Shown piece by piece: positions 25,238 through 33,125 of a stretch of 36,109 nt of DNA (positions are counted from its first letter, which is position 1; the number at the start of each line of letters is the position of its first letter). The notes under the pieces were generated by a model. The model saw only the letters and a list, made by a program, of their open reading frames with translations. It searched no databases and was not told the origin of the DNA. The position numbers and the translations under genes are program-made. The stretch comes from a virus (taxonomy: Duplodnaviria; Caudoviricetes), in IMG/VR virus record IMGVR_UViG_3300021184_000030, positions 1 to 36,109 of that record; one strand, written 5' to 3'.

Positions 25238-26696
25238 TGTCCTTGCCTCCGCCGGATTTAGGGGCATTACCCGTCAAGGCTCGTCGAGTCGGGTCCGCGT
25301 TCGGGGAGGGCGGCTCCAGGGGATTGCCGCCTTGGTGGAAAAAGGTGCCGGAGAGCTTGGGAGCGCCCGGCGCCCGAAGGCCGGTGCCGAGTTTCTCGGC
25401 GGCTTCGTCGTCGGTCAGGAACCCGAGCGACAAGAGTTCGAGCACCCGTGCCTGTTCCATCTGTTTGAAGGCTTCGAGCTCGCCTTCAGGACGCAGGTCA
25501 ATCGATTCGAACACCACTTTCACATACCCGTCGAATCCATAGAGGCGCACCGCCAAGGTGAGCGCCCGGGAAAGGACGGTGGCCACCGGCGGTTGGATCC
25601 TCGCGGCGGTCTTGATGAACAAGAGGGATTCGGTCGAAGAGACGTTCTGGGAACCGCCCATCCGCTTGCCGAGCACCGAGGGCGGAGCCTTCAGCGCGGT
25701 GGACTGAACCCCATCGAAGGTCTCAACCAGGGGGCCGTACTCGGACTTGCCGCCGATCTCGGAATTGAGGTAAGCGGCCTCCATGGTGTCGAAGAACACC
25801 AGGGCCATCTCGGGGTTGAGGTTTTCAAGCTCGTCCTTGAGATCGTCCCGGATGGTGGTCATCCAGGCCTGCATCTTGGTCGGGTCGCCTTTGATGTCGG
25901 GCGGCGCCGCTTTCAGGATCTGCTCGGTCACCAGTTTGATCGCAAGACGCGAGTGTCCGGAGCGCCGGACCACCCGGCGGACGTCCTCGAGGAGTTCGGA
26001 ATATTGCGGCGCGGAATTGAGCGCCGGCTCCAGGGGCGAGAAGGCGTAGGCGGACTCGGGATCCTGGTCCAAGGCCTCGTAAAAGAAAGTGGGAAAGTCG
26101 AGGATGACTTCCTCGGAGCCGACCTTCTGGGTGGGAACGACTTTGTAGGCCGTCCCGACCTTCTTCTTGCCGGTCTTGAACTTCAACGTCTTGGTTGAGA
26201 TCGGCTTGAGGTGTTGGGGGAGGCGCTGGTCATCCAGGACGAGTTCTCCCCCGCAGGCGCCCGATAACAGAACGTCCCTCAGCAAGGAGGTCTTGACGCT
26301 CTCTAACGACTGACGGTCGTCGAACCCTTGGGAATAGTCCGAAGTGAAGTTCAGTTTGGCTAAAATCGATTTCGTCAGCGCGGTGCCGTCGACGCTGATC
26401 TGGTGTTGGCTGTCGTAGGCGAGGACTTTGATCGACGTGTTGGCCAGACTCAAGGTCGCCCAGACCGCGGTCGACACGTCACCATAAGCGCGGGCCAACA
26501 TCCGGAGGGCTTCTTTGTCCGAGAGGTTACGGACATCCGCCACCGGCCGGTTAAAAGCCGACGTCAGATTGTTATTGATGGCGGAGTCGGCGTCTTTGCC
26601 CGACGCCGGGGTGGCCGTCCGAACCCCTTTGATGAGGGATTTAGGGAGGATTACCGGGTCGGTCGACCCCTTCGAAGTCCTTTTCTGAGCTGCCAT
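25224..26696 (-). CDS. Portal protein
   Basis: 490 aa between terminase and protease; C-terminal VLELLSLGFLTDDEAAEKLG typical of portals. Confidence 0.8.
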   Translation of the reverse strand: MAAQKRTSKGSTDPVILPKSLIKGVRTATPASGKDADSAINNNLTSAFNRPVADVRNLSDKEALRMLARAYGDVSTAVWATLSLANTSIKVLAYDSQHQISVDGTALTKSILAKLNFTSDYSQGFDDRQSLESVKTSLLRDVLLSGACGGELVLDDQRLPQHLKPISTKTLKFKTGKKKVGTAYKVVPTQKVGSEEVILDFPTFFYEALDQDPESAYAFSPLEPALNSAPQYSELLEDVRRVVRRSGHSRLAIKLVTEQILKAAPPDIKGDPTKMQAWMTTIRDDLKDELENLNPEMALVFFDTMEAAYLNSEIGGKSEYGPLVETFDGVQSTALKAPPSVLGKRMGGSQNVSSTESLLFIKTAARIQPPVATVLSRALTLAVRLYGFDGYVKVVFESIDLRPEGELEAFKQMEQARVLELLSLGFLTDDEAAEKLGTGLRAPGAPKLSGTFFHQGGNPLEPPSPNADPTRRALTGNAPKSGGGKDNAQR

Positions 26697-26707
26697 TCAC
26701 GAGTCCT

Positions 26708-26723
26708 TGTGAGGTAGCTCACA
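26708..26723. promoter_or_regulatory. CRP-family consensus site TGTGA-N6-TCACA
   Basis: TGTGA-GGTAGC-TCACA, perfect core, intergenic. Confidence 0.5.
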
Positions 26724-26786
26724 TCAGGGTTGACACTTTTGTGAGATATACCGTAATCTAGATGCCTGGCTACGAGATCCGTTCAT
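26724..26786 (-). CDS. Possible 20-aa mini-ORF on the late strand (MNGSRSQASRLRYISQKCQP)
   Basis: Preceded by CCCCTTTGGAGA-ccat-ATG; may be only the mirror image of the antisense RNA. Confidence 0.2.
   Translation of the reverse strand: MNGSRSQASRLRYISQKCQP
26730..26759 (+). promoter_or_regulatory. Sigma70-like promoter, antisense to the late operon
   Basis: TTGACA (26730-35), 18 bp, TAATCT (26754-59). Confidence 0.65.
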
Positions 26787-26882
26787 ATGGTCTCCAAAGG
26801 GGTAGTGTTCAGCCGGTTAACTATGCCGGAAACTAACCGGAAGTGCGGGCGGGGGTGTGCTGACCCCTGCCCGGGCGCACCA
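26764..26882 (+). ncRNA. Putative tRNA-like (cloverleaf, 3'-CCA) trans-acting antisense RNA
   Basis: Closing stem 26764-69/26871-76, three arms, ends GCACCA then ATTTTGTT; promoter upstream; 14-, 10- and 9-nt complementarity to leaders of xis and nrdB. Confidence 0.7.
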
Positions 26883-26888
26883 ATTTTG

Positions 26889-28630
26889 TTACAGTATCTT
26901 AGTTGAGACAGGCCGCGAGAACAAGGGCGGTTTGTCGACTATTGCCTTTTTGCCCACCTCGATCTGCGTGATCGACGGCACCGGCGCCCAGCCGCTCAAG
27001 CTTTCCTCCACCATATCGGCCGCGATCAGCAAGTAGTTGAGCGAGTGGAAGTAGTGGTCGTCCCGGCTGCTTTTGATCCAGTTCTGCTCGACTTCCCCGC
27101 GCTCGTCGGTCTGGTCCACCCGCTTCATGCCTTGCAGGTGGTCTCTGACCGTTTCCATTTCGTCCAGGATCGGGAACAGCACCTCGCTACCGTTTACCCG
27201 CTTGGCCACCCGGTTCAAGGTCTTGGTCCGGTTGGCGTCGACCGACCGTTCCCCTTCCTTCTCCTTAGGGACGTAGGCGGGCAGTTTCTTGTCGGTCAAG
27301 GTGTACATGCAAGGGTACACCAGCTCGTCCGGCATCGAATCCCGGATCCCGAGGATGGTGTCGGTGTAGGGGAGGGCGTCCGAGACCAGGCGGATGACCC
27401 CGTACTGTTTGAGCCGCTTGAGGACGTGTTCCTTCAGGCCGTCCCCGTTCTCGCCCCGGAGCCGGATCGGCTCGACCCAGAGGATGTGGACCTTCCGGCC
27501 GACCGGCTTGCCGATCGTCAGCCACGAGGTCTTGCCGACGTCGAGCCCGGCGATGCAGCCATAGAGCTTCATCGCTTCCGCCACCTCCGGCGGGATCGGC
27601 TTCAGGACCATGTTCTGCTTGACGATTTCGTCAAGGATCGAGTTGCTGGCGTCGTCGTGCGACAACCCCAGCGTGAAGTTCTTCCAGTGGCCGAACTCGT
27701 TCTTGAACTTGATCAGCTTCCTAAGCAAGGTCGAAGCGGAATGGTATTCCGGCAGGTCAAAGGGGCTGACCGCGAACCCTTCCGTCATATACCGCTCGGG
27801 GTAGGTCGGCACCCACTCGCGGTACTCCGGCGCCAGATTCTCCTTTGTCACAGGGTTGTGACACTTCTCGCAAAGGATCCTGGCATTGGCGATGTGCCCC
27901 TTGGCCTCCAGCGCCCGGACATCCAGGTAGGTGATGTCCTCGAGGCGGTTGTCAAATCCGGGGATGACACCGTGAACCAGCAGGTTGGGCCAGAACCAGT
28001 GCCCGCAGTGCTTACACTTCACCAGCCGGCGTTTCTGGTCCGACTGCTCGAAGGATTCCGAGACCCCAATCCCGGACGCCGTCGGCGTTGAAAACTCTCG
28101 TCGGAACCCGCGGAGCCCGGTCTTTTCGTCGACGTGCGGGGCGTGCGACAAGCGGGATTCCGCGGTGACCAAGGCTTCCGGGTTACAAAAGTCGCGCTCG
28201 TCGACGATGACCATCGAGCACGGAATCGAGATCACGGCTTTGCCGTAGGTGCCACCGACGTGGAGCTGACTGGTCCCGATCTGCTTGAAACTGGCCGAGT
28301 CGCTGCCGGGGTTCAGCCGGGCGCTCAAATGCCTCGAGCCTTGGATAATCGGATCGATGCGGCTCTTGACCTGGCGCTGCGCTTCATGGACGGTGGGCAT
28401 GAGGAGGAGGGCGACGCTATCGGGCGTCGTGTCCAACAGCCCTAGGACCATCCGGTACTCCGCCTCCGACATCCCGACCTGCGAGGGTTTTATGCAGCAC
28501 GTGTTCGGGTGCTGGGTGTTGACGATCTCGACCTGGTACTCGTGGTCCTTGAAACTGTAATTCTTCCCGTTCAGGAAGGTGCGCTTCACCATCCAGTCCG
28601 AGATCCGGACCAGGCTGGAGGTTTCACTGA
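26889..28630 (-). CDS. terL: Terminase large subunit (GpA family); 5' end apparently lost (first downstream ATG at 28592)
   Basis: KPSQVGMSE (Walker A-like), IVDERD (Walker B), STPT, CKHC/CEKC Zn motifs, GLDVG and DHYFHS nuclease motifs. The sequence upstream of ~28630 encodes a different gene on the + strand. Confidence 0.88.
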
Positions 28631-28631
28631 C

Positions 28632-28862
28632 CGCATCGTGATCAGCGACGTCCGCTTCGACAACGAGGCCGAATGGGTCCGGAACCTGGGCGGCGTGGTT
28701 TGGCACATTCATCGGCCTGGTATAGAGCCGGTATCGTCGCATGTGAGCGAAGCGGGTGTGTCGTTCGAGGCTGGGGACGAACATCTGGTCAACGACGAGA
28801 TCACCGAGACCCAGCGGCAAGTGGACAGCGTGCTCAACCTGAGAACGAGGCAAGCCGCGTGA
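28632..28862 (+). pseudogene. C-terminal fragment of a deoxynucleoside monophosphate kinase
   Basis: RIVISDVRFDNEAEWVRNLGGVVWHIHRPG...HVSEAG matches the phage dNMP kinase C-terminal motif; the P-loop N-terminal half and a start with RBS are absent. Confidence 0.8.
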
Positions 28863-29224
28863 TCGAGCCCAAGACCGCCCCGGTCGTTTGGTGGGTCGAC
28901 CCCCTTGAAGAATCTGCGCCGAAGGGCAAGAAGAGCCTTCTGCTGGGCTACACCGGGGTCGCCGTGATCGGAACCTGGGACAACGAAGGTTATGTGGCGT
29001 GGGCCCCTTTGCCTAAGATTCCGGCTCACATCAAGCGCCGGATCGGCTGCAAGGCGGCCTATGAAGAGTTCTTGAAGAAATTAAACGAGGTGTTATGTGA
29101 TCAATTGGCTGAAGAATCTGTTCAAGAAGAATCGATCAACTGCTTCCGCGGAAGTCCAGCCGCCGAGACCGTGGGATCGGGGGTTGCGCGAGGCGAGGAA
29201 CTGTCCGCCGATGCCGCCAGTTAA
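28859..29224 (+). CDS. Hypothetical phage protein (DUF551-like)
   Basis: GTG at 28859 overlaps the kinase stop; APKGKKSLLL..GVAVIGTW...AWAPLPK. Confidence 0.55.
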   Translation: MIEPKTAPVVWWVDPLEESAPKGKKSLLLGYTGVAVIGTWDNEGYVAWAPLPKIPAHIKRRIGCKAAYEEFLKKLNEVLCDQLAEESVQEESINCFRGSPAAETVGSGVARGEELSADAAS

Positions 29225-29348
29225 GCCGGCGAGGGCCCGCTCGAGATCGTCGAGCTCCTCTGCGTCCTCCAGTCACACGCCGGTTTACGACATCTCCGGG
29301 GGCTGTGACTCTGGAAGCTCTGGCGGCGGTTGCTCGTGTGATTGCTAA
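29097..29348 (+). CDS. Small protein with Ser/Gly/Cys-rich C-terminus
   Basis: GAGG RBS; MINWLKNLFKK...DSGSSGGGCSCDC. Confidence 0.55.
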   Translation: MINWLKNLFKKNRSTASAEVQPPRPWDRGLREARNCPPMPPVKPARARSRSSSSSASSSHTPVYDISGGCDSGSSGGGCSCDC

Positions 29349-29360
29349 CCTGGAGAAACT

Positions 29361-29558
29361 ATGACCATTCAAACTGTTGTCAAATGTGATGGACTTGATT
29401 GTAGAAACACCCTTGAAGTCGACGAATGCGACACCCCGGAAATCACAATGAAGTTGGCCGGCTGGGGTACGGATCCGGATCACAGTTACTGGCACTACTG
29501 CAGCATCTGTTGGCCGAAAGTCGAAAAGGAGTTGAAGGAGCTGGCGGAGGCATACTAG
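29361..29558 (+). CDS. Small Zn-finger-like protein
   Basis: GGAGA RBS; CDGLDC ... HYCSIC. Confidence 0.7.
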   Translation: MTIQTVVKCDGLDCRNTLEVDECDTPEITMKLAGWGTDPDHSYWHYCSICWPKVEKELKELAEAY

Positions 29559-29560
29559 GA

Positions 29561-29770
29561 ATGATCGCGATTATCAACACTTCCCCAACGCCGCAAGTAT
29601 CAGGTACGTGTGACTACGAAGTCCGGATCAACCGCCAGGTGATCACTCGCTTCCAACACCGGCGGGAGGACGGCCCGGCGAAGTGTTTGAGGCTGGCGGC
29701 GGATGCGGTGGACCAGGCGAGACAGCAACGGTTCATCGAGTTTGTGGCGGCGGTGGTTGAAGATCGATAG
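29561..29770 (+). CDS. Hypothetical phage protein
   Basis: ATG at 29561; YEVRINRQVITRFQHRREDG..CLRLAADAV. Confidence 0.65.
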   Translation: MIAIINTSPTPQVSGTCDYEVRINRQVITRFQHRREDGPAKCLRLAADAVDQARQQRFIEFVAAVVEDR

Positions 29771-29781
29771 CTTTGGAGCCA

Positions 29782-30597
29782 ATGATGTCATACGCCAAAC
29801 TTAGCGAAGTGAGGAGATACCTTGCTCTCCTAGAGGAGGAGATCGATAACCCCAACACTTCCTGGACATTAGCAGACCAAGAAGAAAGGGCACAATGGAC
29901 GGCCTACTACCTGGCAACTTTGTCTGGGGCTGCAGGGGCTTTAACCAAAGGAGCTGTCTTTGTATTCCCGAGGAGCCTGTATCGGAGTTATGTAGAGGCA
30001 ATTAGGCAGAGGCATCCTGCGCCCAGAAGTGGTGATGCCTATCACAACCACTGCAAAGGGGTCCGGTTACCTTATGACGAGGTTATTTTCGTAGAAGTTG
30101 AGGACAGTCCGCAATCCGACAGGTTCTACGACCCAGAAACAGACTTCGTCGGCAGGGTAACGGCAATGGTAATTGCTAGGTCTGAGCCTGGAGGGATCTT
30201 TACAGCAGGCGTGACAGTTATGCGGGACGACCTTGCACGCCCATCCTTGCACATAGCTCCATACCGGTGTCAGTTCTCTGACACCGTAACAGAGATAGTC
30301 ACAGCTTGGCTAAACAGCCGTCACGTCTCTACAGAAAGGTGTACCCTGCCTGAGAAAGTCGTTAAGAAGCGAGAGAGGTCCGGCAGATCAACCAGAAACC
30401 GTAGCTTCACGGTGGTTAGTCACAGTAACACTGGTGGGCAAGACTCATCACGGGAGGGCGGGCAGGCAGGCAGATGGTTGCCTGCTCACTTAGTACGAGG
30501 ACATTTTAAGCGCAGGAAAACGGGCGTGTACTGGTGGAGGCCCCATGTAGCGGGGAAGGGACCAGTTAGACGCCGTGAAGGATACGTCACAAAATAA
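29782..30597 (+). CDS. Hypothetical protein with C-terminal HxVRGHxxR...WWxPH motif
   Basis: CTTTGGAG RBS then ATG at 29782; lower GC than its neighbours. Confidence 0.7.
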   Translation: MMSYAKLSEVRRYLALLEEEIDNPNTSWTLADQEERAQWTAYYLATLSGAAGALTKGAVFVFPRSLYRSYVEAIRQRHPAPRSGDAYHNHCKGVRLPYDEVIFVEVEDSPQSDRFYDPETDFVGRVTAMVIARSEPGGIFTAGVTVMRDDLARPSLHIAPYRCQFSDTVTEIVTAWLNSRHVSTERCTLPEKVVKKRERSGRSTRNRSFTVVSHSNTGGQDSSREGGQAGRWLPAHLVRGHFKRRKTGVYWWRPHVAGKGPVRRREGYVTK

Positions 30598-30605
30598 CCT
30601 TATCT

Positions 30606-30638
30606 GGCCGGCAGCACACCGGCCCAACCCTTTGGAGA
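30606..30638 (+). promoter_or_regulatory. nrdB leader: hairpin with CAGCACA loop plus ACCCTTTGGAGA extended RBS (putative sRNA target)
   Basis: GGCCGG-CAGCACA-CCGGCC followed by the motif and ATG at 30644. Confidence 0.65.
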
Positions 30639-30643
30639 TTGAA

Positions 30644-31648
30644 ATGTTGTACGAAAAACAAATCGTCGGCGGCAAAGCCGGCACGAACCACCTATTGCCG
30701 ATTAAGTACGATTGGGCCTATCAAGCCTTCAAGAAGGGCTGCGCCAACTTCTGGCTGCCGGGCGAGATCGGGATGGGAGAAGACAAGTTGCAGTGGGAAA
30801 CCGGCAAGTTGACGGCTGCCGAGCAGCATATGTACAAAGCCGTTTTCTCGACGCTGACGACGTCGGACATCCTCATCCAGCGGAATCTGGCTTGTGCCGT
30901 AATGGAGCGAATTACCGCGCCGGAGGTTGAGGTCGCCCTGGGTGCGCAAATCTTCCAGGAGGCGGTCCACAGCGACACGTACAGCCATGTTTTGGAGAAC
31001 CTGGGACTGGATCCAGAGGAAATCTACACCCTGTACGAACGGGTCCCGGAGATCCGACAAAAGTTCGAGCTGGCCCGAGAGTTCACGGAGGGCATGACGG
31101 CGCTTTCCAGCCTGAGGGACTACGTGAAGGGCTTGATTTTCTACTACGGCGCCTTCGAAGGGGCTTGGTTCTTCCACGGATTCACGCCGCTCTTCTCCTT
31201 GCAGCGCCGGAACCTGATGGTCCGCTCGTGCGAGCAGTTACAGTACATCGCCCGGGATGAATCGAAGCACGCCGACTTCGGGATCCGCTTGATCCGGACG
31301 ATCATGGACGAGGCGGGGGTTTACATCTCGCAGGAAACCTTGAAAGAGATTTTCTGGGCAGCCTTGGAAGCCGAGACGACGTATGCCAAGTACGCGATGC
31401 CGGACATCTTGGGGTACAGCGCCCGACTCCATGTTCAACACATGGCGTACATGCTGGACCGCCGCGCTGTTCAGTTGGGTTTCGATCCGATCTGGCGTGC
31501 GGAGCCGGTGTTCCCGTGGCTGGACGAGCAGATCGGGACGAAGAAGGAGAAGAATTTTTTCGAGGGCCGGGTCACCGAGTACCAAGTAGGAAGTCTTGGA
31601 AGCTTCGAGACGTCGGGGCTGGACGATGTGCTGAACTGGAAGAGGTGA
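30644..31648 (+). CDS. nrdB: Ribonucleotide reductase class Ia beta subunit
   Basis: Di-iron ligands (SD, EAVH, FEG, DESKH), radical Tyr (HSDTY), C-terminal NFFEGRVTEY; start revised to ATG at 30644. Confidence 0.95.
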   Translation: MLYEKQIVGGKAGTNHLLPIKYDWAYQAFKKGCANFWLPGEIGMGEDKLQWETGKLTAAEQHMYKAVFSTLTTSDILIQRNLACAVMERITAPEVEVALGAQIFQEAVHSDTYSHVLENLGLDPEEIYTLYERVPEIRQKFELAREFTEGMTALSSLRDYVKGLIFYYGAFEGAWFFHGFTPLFSLQRRNLMVRSCEQLQYIARDESKHADFGIRLIRTIMDEAGVYISQETLKEIFWAALEAETTYAKYAMPDILGYSARLHVQHMAYMLDRRAVQLGFDPIWRAEPVFPWLDEQIGTKKEKNFFEGRVTEYQVGSLGSFETSGLDDVLNWKR

Positions 31649-31824
31649 TTGCTGACACCATCCAGGAGCTTGTCGAGCCGGACTGGACGTCCGGCCACAA
31701 GCCCCTTTACAAAATCTTTGACCGTTACGAACCGCACTGCGACCGGGCCGAAGCTTACAAGGAAGTGGGCGGGAGGAGCCGGTACCGGTGCCAACACAAA
31801 CTCAACCCTTTGGAGCGGGTGTGA
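31645..31824 (+). CDS. Hypothetical protein (59 aa)
   Basis: GTG overlaps the nrdB stop (GTGA); its stop overlaps the next GTG. Confidence 0.45.
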   Translation: MIADTIQELVEPDWTSGHKPLYKIFDRYEPHCDRAEAYKEVGGRSRYRCQHKLNPLERV

Positions 31825-32159
31825 TCACGACTAGCTACTATCCGACGGACACAGGCTACGTCCGTGTCCGCATTTACCTCAGCGGAGCCGCTGGCAATGG
31901 GACGGCCGCGGTTACCGGGACGGAAGGCTTTTACGGCAACTACTACCCCGTCCGGGTGGCTGAGCCCAAGGACCCGCCACCCAAGAATTGGCGCTGGTTC
32001 CATGTCTACACGCTGGTACCTGTTGAGCCCGAGCTTCCAAGGCTCACCCGGAAACCGCCGCTGCGGATCCGCAGGACGCAGGAACGCTTCCCGCGGCAGC
32101 AGGCAAACCACTGGGAGCGGAGACGGTTTGTGCAGGCGTTGCGCAAAACAAGAACTTAA
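31821..32159 (+). CDS. Hypothetical protein
   Basis: GTG at 31821 preceded by ACCCTTTGGAG (31805-15). Confidence 0.55.
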   Translation: MITTSYYPTDTGYVRVRIYLSGAAGNGTAAVTGTEGFYGNYYPVRVAEPKDPPPKNWRWFHVYTLVPVEPELPRLTRKPPLRIRRTQERFPRQQANHWERRRFVQALRKTRT

Positions 32160-32177
32160 ACCCTTTGGAGAACACCA

Positions 32178-33020
32178 ATGACTTTTAGTTACGCAAGCCC
32201 AATGGTTCATCCTTCCGGCATGACCGTTCGCATGATCTGCGACAGCGCAGGCCCCCACGGCATCCGCGCTTCCACCCTACAGCTGCGCTACCACCGCTTT
32301 ATCCATAGCGAGCTCCTGACCCACCGGGCCTTGTCGCGTAACGCGAGCAGCTCGCGGGCGATCCCGATCACGACGTTCGTCGAGCAAGTGAAGACGGATC
32401 CGGCGCTGCCGATATTCGTCGGCAAGGCCCGGCCTGGGATGAAGACAGTCGAAGAAGTTGAGAGCCCAGAGTACGTTCGAGCTTACCTGGAGGAGATGGG
32501 TGCAGGTGTCGCGGAAATGATCAGTAAACTCTACGCGGATACTGGCGCCGCCAAAGAGATCCTAAACCGTTATCTCGAACCCTGGCAGTGGATGAACACG
32601 GTGATCACTTGCACCGATTGGGAATGGCTCTTTGAGCCTCGCCTCGAGGTCGACGAAGATGGGCACCCGGAGGCCCAGCGCGAGATGTATCTGCTGGTAT
32701 CGATGATCAAGGAATCCCTGGAGCGTTCGATCCCACGGCAGTTGGAGTACGGCGAGTGGCACATGCCTTATCTCTGGGCGGAGGAGCTCAAACTTCCGCT
32801 GGCTGAGCAGCAGGTCATTTCAACCGCCCGTTGCTGCCGGGTGTCCTATGCTCGCCACGGGGAGATCCGCAATTTCAATGAGGACAAGCTAAGACACGAC
32901 ACCTTAATCCAGAAGAAACACTGGAGCCCGACCGAGCACCCGATGCTGTGCGTCTCGAAAACGGTGCGGGGCGGGAACGTCAGGGGTTACCTGCAATACC
33001 GTCAATTAGTAGGAGGTTAA
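32178..33020 (+). CDS. thyX: FAD-dependent thymidylate synthase (phage type)
   Basis: RFIHSELLTHRALSRNASSSRAIP, NRYLEPW, ARCCRVSY and HWSPTEH motifs; ACCCTTTGGAGA RBS. Confidence 0.9.
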   Translation: MTFSYASPMVHPSGMTVRMICDSAGPHGIRASTLQLRYHRFIHSELLTHRALSRNASSSRAIPITTFVEQVKTDPALPIFVGKARPGMKTVEEVESPEYVRAYLEEMGAGVAEMISKLYADTGAAKEILNRYLEPWQWMNTVITCTDWEWLFEPRLEVDEDGHPEAQREMYLLVSMIKESLERSIPRQLEYGEWHMPYLWAEELKLPLAEQQVISTARCCRVSYARHGEIRNFNEDKLRHDTLIQKKHWSPTEHPMLCVSKTVRGGNVRGYLQYRQLVGG

Positions 33021-33125
33021 GGTGGAGGCACCTACAAAGAGTTAACTGTCGCCAAATAGCAACACAAACCCCATAACCTACTGTAAACTTATGGTTACAC
33101 ATCACTTCACCCCGCAAGGAGGCCG

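Noticed and set aside
26764-26882. Canonical tRNA or tRNA-Sec gene
   Set aside because: Ends in CCA but is about 120 nt, with no TTCRA T-loop, no D-loop GG pattern and no 7-nt anticodon loop; treated as a tRNA-like ncRNA.
28631-28853. N-terminal extension of the 654-aa terminase ORF
   Set aside because: It is the antisense reading of the dNMP kinase fragment on the + strand.
30575-30643. N-terminal extension of nrdB from GTG 30575
   Set aside because: It overlaps the previous gene and spans the leader hairpin and RBS; ATG 30644 has the proper SD.
33055-33100. attP/att core site
   Set aside because: AT-rich and palindromic, but no second copy or tRNA-end homology is visible in the window.
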